Shown piece after piece: positions 57,243 to 64,000 of a stretch of 64,000 nucleotides of DNA; position 1 is the stretch's first letter; the number at the start of each line of letters is the position of its first letter. The stretch is taken from assembly GCF_009914755.1 (NCBI RefSeq), contig NC_060948.1; one strand, 5' to 3'. The DNA is from the human T2T-CHM13v2.0 reference genome, Homo sapiens. A program made the position numbers and the translations under genes. The notes below the pieces were generated by a model. It saw nothing but the letters and a program-made list of their open reading frames with translations, searched no databases and was not told the origin of the DNA.

Positions 57243-60200
57243 AATTGATGTGAACGGAACGGAATGGAATGGAATCCAAAGGAATGGAATAGAATGGAAT
57301 GGAATCGAATGGAAAGGACTCGAATGGAAATCACTCGAATAGAATGCAATTTAATAAAATAGGATCAAATGTAATGGAATGGAATGGAAAGGAATCGAAA
57401 CGAAAGGAATGGAGACAGATGGAATGGAATGGAACAGAGAGCAATGGTATAGAATGGAATGGAATCATCTGGAATGGAATTGAATGGAATGGAATAATAT
57501 GAAATGGAATGGAATGGAATGGAATGGAATGCCCTTGAATTAAATGGACTGGAATGGAATGGACTCAAACAGAGTGGAATGGAAAGTGTGGAGATAGAAT
57601 GGAATGAACTCCTTTGGAATGGTGTAGTATGCAATGCAATCGACTGGCAGGGAGTCAAAAGGTATGTAATCGAATGGATTGGACTGGAATGCAAAGGACT
57701 CGAATAGATTGGAAACGGAATGCAAAGGAATGGAATGGAATAGTATGGAATGCAATGGAAGGGAATGCAGTGGAATAGACTAGAGTGGAATGGAATGGAC
57801 TGGAAAGCAATGGACTGGAATGGAACTTTCTTGGATGGACTGGAATCAAACGGAATGGAATGCAGTGCAATCAAATGGCATGGAATAAAATAGAATGAAA
57901 GAGAATCAAACGGAATTGAATCGAATGGAATCGAATGGATTGGAAAGGAATAGAATGGAATGGAATGGAATTGACTCAAATGGAATGGACTAGAATGGAA
58001 TGGATTCGAATGGAAGGCAAAGGAATGGAATCTATTGGAATGGACTGTAATGGAATGGAATGGAAGGGATTGGAATGGACTCGAATGGAATGGACTGCAA
58101 TAGAAAGGATTCGAATGGAATGAAAAAGAATTGAATGGAATAGAACAGAATGGAATCAAATCGAATGAAATGGAATGGAATAGAAAGGAATGGAATGAAA
58201 TGGAATGGAAAGGATTCGAATGGAATGCAATCGAATGGAATGGAATCGAACGGAATGGAATAAAATGGAAGAAAACTGGCAAGAAATGGAATCGAAATGA
58301 ATGGAGTGTTATGGAACGGACTCAAAAGGAATTGAATGTAATAGAATGGAGTGGAGTGGACTCGAATATAATGGACTGGAATGGAATGAAATCACATGGA
58401 ATGGGAACGAATGGAATGGAATGGAAAGGAAAGGAATCGAATGGAAGGGAATGAAATTGAATCAACACGAATGGAAGGGAATAGAATAGACTGTAATGGA
58501 ATGGACTCGAATAGAATGGACACGAATGCTCAAATTAAATGGACTCGAATGGAATGGAAACGAAAGGAATGTCATCGAATGGAATTGAATCGATTGGAAT
58601 GAAATCGCATAGAATGGAGTGGAATCAAATGGAATTGAATCGAAAGGAAAGGAAGCGAATGGACTGAAATGAAATGGAATGGAATTGAATGGAAAGTAAT
58701 GCAATGGAATAGAATGGAACGAAATTTCACGGAATGGAATCAAACTGAATGGAATCAAATCAATGGAATCAAATCAAATGGAATGGAAAGGAATTGAATG
58801 GAGTAGATGGGATTGGATGGGATTGGAATGAAATGTACTGGAAAGGACTCGAATTTCATGAAACGGAATGGAATGAATTGGAACGGAATGGACTCGAATG
58901 GAATGGAATGTCATGGGATGGCATCAAATGGAATGACATCAAATGGAATGGAATCGAATGCAATGGAATGCTATGGAATGGAATGGAATGCATTGGAATG
59001 GAATGTCCGCTAATGGAATGGATTCGAGTGGAATGGAATTGAATATAATGGAGTCGAATGAAATGGAATTGAAAGGAATGGGATCGAATACAATGGAATA
59101 TACTGGAATGTAACGTAATGAACTCGAATGTAATTGACTGGAATGGAATGTACATGAATGGAATGTAATCGAATGGAAAGTAATCCAATGGAATAGAATC
59201 TAATGCAATAAAATCGACTCAGATAGAGTAGAATGTAATGGAATGGAGTGCAGTGCAATGGAATGGAATGGAATGGAATGCAATGGAATGGAATGGAATG
59301 GAATGGGATGGAATGGGATGGAATGGTATGGAATGGATAGTAATGGACTGGAGTGAAATGGACTGGAAAGGAATGGACTCAAATTGAAAGGTCTCGAAAG
59401 GAATGGAGTCAAATGGAATGGTCTGGAATGGAATGAACACGAATGTAATGCAACCCAATAGAATGGAATCGAATGGCATGGAATATAAAGAAATGGAATC
59501 GAAAAGAATGGAAACAAATGGAATGGAATTGAATGGAATGGAATTGAATGGAATGGGAACGAATGGAGTGAAATTGTATGCAGTAGAAGAGAATAGAATG
59601 GAATGCAAGCGAAAGGAAAGGAATGGATTGGAATGGAATGGAATTCATTGGAATGGAAGGGAATGTAGTGTAATGGACAGGCCTGGAATAAAGTGGAATG
59701 CTACGGTCTCGAATGGAATAAAAATGTATGGAATGGAATGCAATGAAACGGAATCGAATGTCATAGAATGTAATGGAATGCAAAAAAATGGAATCCAAAA
59801 TCATTGACTGGAAAGGCTGGGTGTCGAAAGGAATTGACTCCAATGGAATGGAATCGAATGGAATGGAAGTGAATAGAATCGAACTAAATCGAATGGAATG
59901 GAATTGATAGGAACGGAATGGAAAGGAATGCAATGATTTGGCATGGAATGGAATCGAATGGCATCGAATGGAATGGAATGGAATGCAATGGAATGGAATG
60001 TATTAGAATGTAATGAACTTTAATGGAATGTACTCGAATGGATTCGACTGGAATGGAATGTTCTGGAAGTGAATGGACTCCAATGGAATGGATTCAAAAG
60101 GAATGGAATCGTACGGAATGGAATCTAATGGAATGGAATTAAATGGAAATGAATCAAATTGAATAGCACGGAATTGAATTGAATGGAATGGAATGCAATG

Positions 60201-60781
60201 GAATCTAATGAAACGGAAAGGAAAGGAATGGAATGGAATGGAATGGGCTGGAATGGAAAGGAATCGAAACGAATGGAATGGAATCGAAGTGAAGAGACTG
60301 GAATGGAATGCACTGGAATGGAAGGGAGTGTAATGCAAGGTTCTCGAAAAAAATGGAATCGAATGGAATGGAATTGAATGGAACGGAATAGAGTCGAATG
60401 GAATTGAATGGAATGGAATGGACTAGAGTGAAATGGAATCGAACCACAAGGAATGGACAGGAATAGAATGGTCTCGAATTGAATGGAATCGTATGGAATG
60501 GCATCAAACGGAATGGAATGGACAGCCACGGAATGGAATGCACTCGAATGCAATGGAGTCGAAACTAATGGACTGGAATAGAATGGACTCGACTGGTACG
60601 GACTCCAATGGAATGGAATCGAATGGAAGGGAATCGAACGGAATGGACTCGAAGGGAAAAGACTGCAATGGAAAGGTCTCGAATGGAATGGAAATTAATG
60701 GAATGGAATGGAATCGAATGAAATGGAGTCAAAAGGAATGGAATCGAATGGCAAGAAATCGAATCTAATGGAATCGCCAGG
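57243..60781 (+). repeat. Repeat unit U17 (3539 bp, shortest)
   Basis: Anchor spacing 3539, explained by two 15-bp deletions (about 58428 and 60635), n=4, and the +10 bp duplication. Confidence 0.92.
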
Positions 60782-63700
60782 AATTGATGTGAACGGAACG
60801 GAATGGAATGGAATCCAAAGGAATGGAATAGAATGGAATGGAATCGAATGGAAAGGACTCGAATGGAAATCACTCGAATAGAATGCAATTTAATAAAATG
60901 GGATCAAATGTAATGGAATGGAATGGAAAGGAATTGAAACGAAAGGAATGGAGACAGATGGAATGGAATGGAACAGAGAGCAATGGTATAGAATGGAATG
61001 GAATCATCTGGAATGGAATTGAATGGAATGGAATAATATGAAATGGAATGGAATGGAATGGAATGGAATGCCCTTGAATTAAATGGACTGGAATGGAATG
61101 GACTCAAACAGAGTGGAATGGAAAGTGTGGAGATAGAATGGAATGAACTCCTTTGGAATGGTGTAGTATGCAATGCAATCGACTGGCAGGGAATCACAAG
61201 GAATGTAATCGAATGGATTGGACTGAAATGCAATGGACTCGAATAGATTGGAAACGGAATGCAAAGGAATGGAATGGAATAGTATGGAATGCAATGGAAG
61301 GGAATGGAGTGGAATAGACTAGAGTGGAATGGAATGGACTGGAAAGCAATGGACTGGAATGGAACATTCTTGGATGGACTGGAATCAAACGGAATGGAAT
61401 GCAATGCAATCAAATGGCATGGAATAAAATAGAATGAAAGAGAATCAAATGGAATTGAATCGAATGGAATCGAATGGATTGGAAAGGAATAGAATGGAAT
61501 GGAATGGAATTGACTCAAATGGAATGGACTAGAATGGAATGGATTCGAATGGAAGGCAAAGGAATGGAATCTATTGGAATGGACTGTAATGGAATGGAAT
61601 GGAAGGGATTGGAATGGACTCGAATGGAATGGACTGCAATAGAAAGGATTCGAATGGAATGAAAAAGAATTGAATGGAATAGAACAGAATGGAATCAAAT
61701 CGAATGAAATGGAATGGAATAGAAAGGAATGGAATGAAATGGAATGGAAAGGATTCGAATGGAATGCAATCGAATGGAATGGAATCGAACGGAATGGAAT
61801 AAAATGGAAGAAAACTGGCAAGAAATGGAATCGAAATGAATGGAGTGTTATGGAACGGACTCAAAAGGAATTGAATGTAATAGAATGGAGTGGAGTGGAC
61901 TCGAATATAATGGACTGGAATGGAATGAAATCACATGGAATGGGAACGAATGGAATGGAATGGAAAGGAATGGAATCGAATGGAAAGGAATCGAATGGAA
62001 GGAAATGAAATTGAATCAACACGAATGGAAGGGAATAGAATAGACTGTAATGGAATGGACTCGAATAGAATGGACACGAATGCTCAAATTAAATGGACTC
62101 GAATGGAATGGAAACGAAAGGAATGTCATCGAATGGAATTGAATCGATTGGAATGAAATCGCATAGAATGGAGTGGAATCAAATGGAATTGAATCGAAAG
62201 GAAAGGAAGCGAATGGACTGAAATGAAATGGAATGGAATTGAATGGAAAGTAATGCAATGGAATAGAATGGAACGAAATTTCACGGAATGGAATCAAACT
62301 GAATGGAATCAAATCAATGGAATCAAATCAAATGGAATGGAAAGGAATTGAATGGAGTAGATGGGATTGGATGGGATTGGAATGAAATGTACTGGAAAGG
62401 ACTCGAATTTCATGAAACGGAATGGAATGAATTGGAACGGAATGGACTCGAATGGAATGGAATGTCATGGGATGGCATCAAATGGAATGGCATCAAATGG
62501 AATGGAATCGAATGCAATGGAATGCTATGGAATGGAATGGAATGCATTGGAATGGAATGTCCTCTAATGGAATGGATTCGAGTGGAATGGAATTGAATAT
62601 AATGGAGTCGAATGAAATGGAATTGAAAGGAATGGGATCGAATACAATGGAATATACTGGAATGTAATGTAATGAACTCGAATGTAATTGACTGGAATGG
62701 AATGTACATGAATGGAATGTAATCGAATGGAAAGTAATCCAATGGAATAGAATCTAATGCAATAAAATCGACTCAGATAGAGTAGAATGTAATGGAATGG
62801 AGTGCAGTGCAAAGGAATGGAATGGAATGGAATGCAATGGAATGGAATGGAATGGAATGGAATGGAATGGAATGGAATGGAATGGGATGGAATGGTATGG
62901 AATGGATAATAATAGACTGGAGTGAAATGGACTGGAAAGGAATGGACTCAAATTGAAAGGGCTCGAAAGGAATGGATTCAAATGGAATGGTCTGGAATGG
63001 AATGAACACGAATGTAATGCAACCCAATAGAATGGAATCGAATGGCATGGAATATAAAGAAATGGAATCGAAGAGAATGGAAACAAATGGAATGGAATTG
63101 AATGGAATGGAATTGAATGGAATGGGAACGAATGGAGTGAAATTGTATGCAGTAGAAGAGAATAGAATGGAATGCAAGCGAAAGGAAAGGAATGGATTGG
63201 AATGGAATGGAATTCATTGGAATGGAAGGGAATGTAGTGTAATGGACAGGCCTGGAATAAAGTGGAATGCTACGGTCTCGAATGGAATAAAAATGTATGG
63301 AATGGAATGCAATGAAACGGAATCGAATGTCATAGAATGTAATGGAATGCAAAAAAATGGAATCCAAAATCATTGACTGGAAAGGCTGGGTGTCGAAAGG
63401 AATTGACTCCAATGGAATGGAATCGAATGGAATGGAAGTGAATAGAATCGAACTAAATCGAATGGAATGGAATTGATAGGAACGGAATGGAAAAGAATGC
63501 AATGATTTGGCATGGAATGGAATCGAATGGCATCGAATGGAATGGAATGGAATGCAATGGAATGGAATGTATTAGAATGGAATGAACTTTAATGGAATGT
63601 ACTCGAATGGATTCGACTGGAATGGAATGTTCTGGAAGTGAATGGACTCCAATGGAATGGATTCAAAAGGAATGGAATCGTACGGAATGGAATCTAATGG

Positions 63701-64000
63701 AATGGAATTAAATGGAAATGAATCAAATTGAATAGCACGGAATTGAATTGAATGGAATGGAATGCAATGGAATCTAATGAAACGGAAAGGAAAGGAATGG
63801 AATGGAATGGAATGGGCTGGAATGGAAAGGAATCGAAACGAATGGAATGGAATCGAAGTGAAGAGACTGGAATGGAATGCACTGGAATGGAAGGGAGTGT
63901 AATGGAAGGTTCTCGAAAAAAATGGAATCGAATGGAATGGAATTGAATGGAACGGAATAGAGTCGAATGGAATTGAATGGAATGGAATGGACTAGAGTGA
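60782..64000 (+). repeat. Repeat unit U18 (partial, truncated by window end; most divergent)
   Basis: Anchor at 60838; n=9; roughly a dozen private substitutions. Confidence 0.92.

Larger units (their letters stand above)
1..64000 (+). repeat. DYZ1: Human satellite 3 (GGAAT/CATTC)n array, most likely DYZ1 of Yq12 heterochromatin; GGAAT strand on +
   Basis: Seen: continuous GGAAT pentamers with variants (CGAAT, GGACT, GCAAT, TGAAT, GGAAA). The identical ORF anchor 'MESNGKDSNG' recurs at 57, 3636, 7215, 10799 ... 60838 (spacing 3539-3589 bp), and GAATTC and AGGCCT recur once per unit. Established: DYZ1 is the ~3.4-3.6 kb HaeIII/EcoRI HSat3 repeat of Yq12. Confidence 0.95.

Noticed and set aside
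57-63946. Plus-strand 'MEWNG'-repeat ORFs
   Set aside because: These are the direct translation of GGAAT pentamers, with an ATG every 5 bp. They are low-complexity artefacts.
1-64000. CRISPR-like or repeat-spacer system
   Set aside because: There are no unique spacers between constant repeats and no cas or other genes. Everything derives from the pentamer and repeats at about 3.6 kb.
1-64000. Strand inversion, DYZ2 block or transposon insertion
   Set aside because: I looked for these and found none. The strand is GGAAT throughout, and the anchor spacings (3539-3589 bp) leave no room for inserted sequence.
1-64000. Assignment to HSat2 or to autosomal HSat3 (e.g. chr9)
   Set aside because: It lacks the HSat2 CATTCGATTC-dominated short period. 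The ~3.6 kb unit with one EcoRI/HaeIII segment per unit fits DYZ1 better. An alignment to a complete human assembly would settle it.

Overview
The whole 64 kb is one uninterrupted, single-orientation array of degenerate (GGAAT)n pentamer satellite (human satellite 3). It is organised as about 17.9 tandem copies of a ~3.57-3.58 kb unit, each with a conserved EcoRI (GAATTC) and StuI/HaeIII (AGGCCT) site. The unit length, these sites and the sequence around them match what I recall of DYZ1, the Yq12 heterochromatin repeat. That identification rests on recall, not a database search. I see no credible protein-coding gene, RNA gene, transposon, CRISPR array, inversion or DYZ2 block. All ORFs in the track are reading-frame artefacts of the pentamer repeat. 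I find no evidence of a new gene-based biological system. The real information is in the variation between units: a hypervariable pure (GGAAT)4-10 tract nested in every unit, shared variant haplotypes that reveal 1-, 2-, 3- and 5-unit duplications, mosaic (recombinant or converted) units, an allele switch near 32 kb, and a clearly more divergent last unit. Unit numbers U1-U18 use an arbitrary phase starting at window position 1. Variants were read by eye and should be confirmed by alignment.
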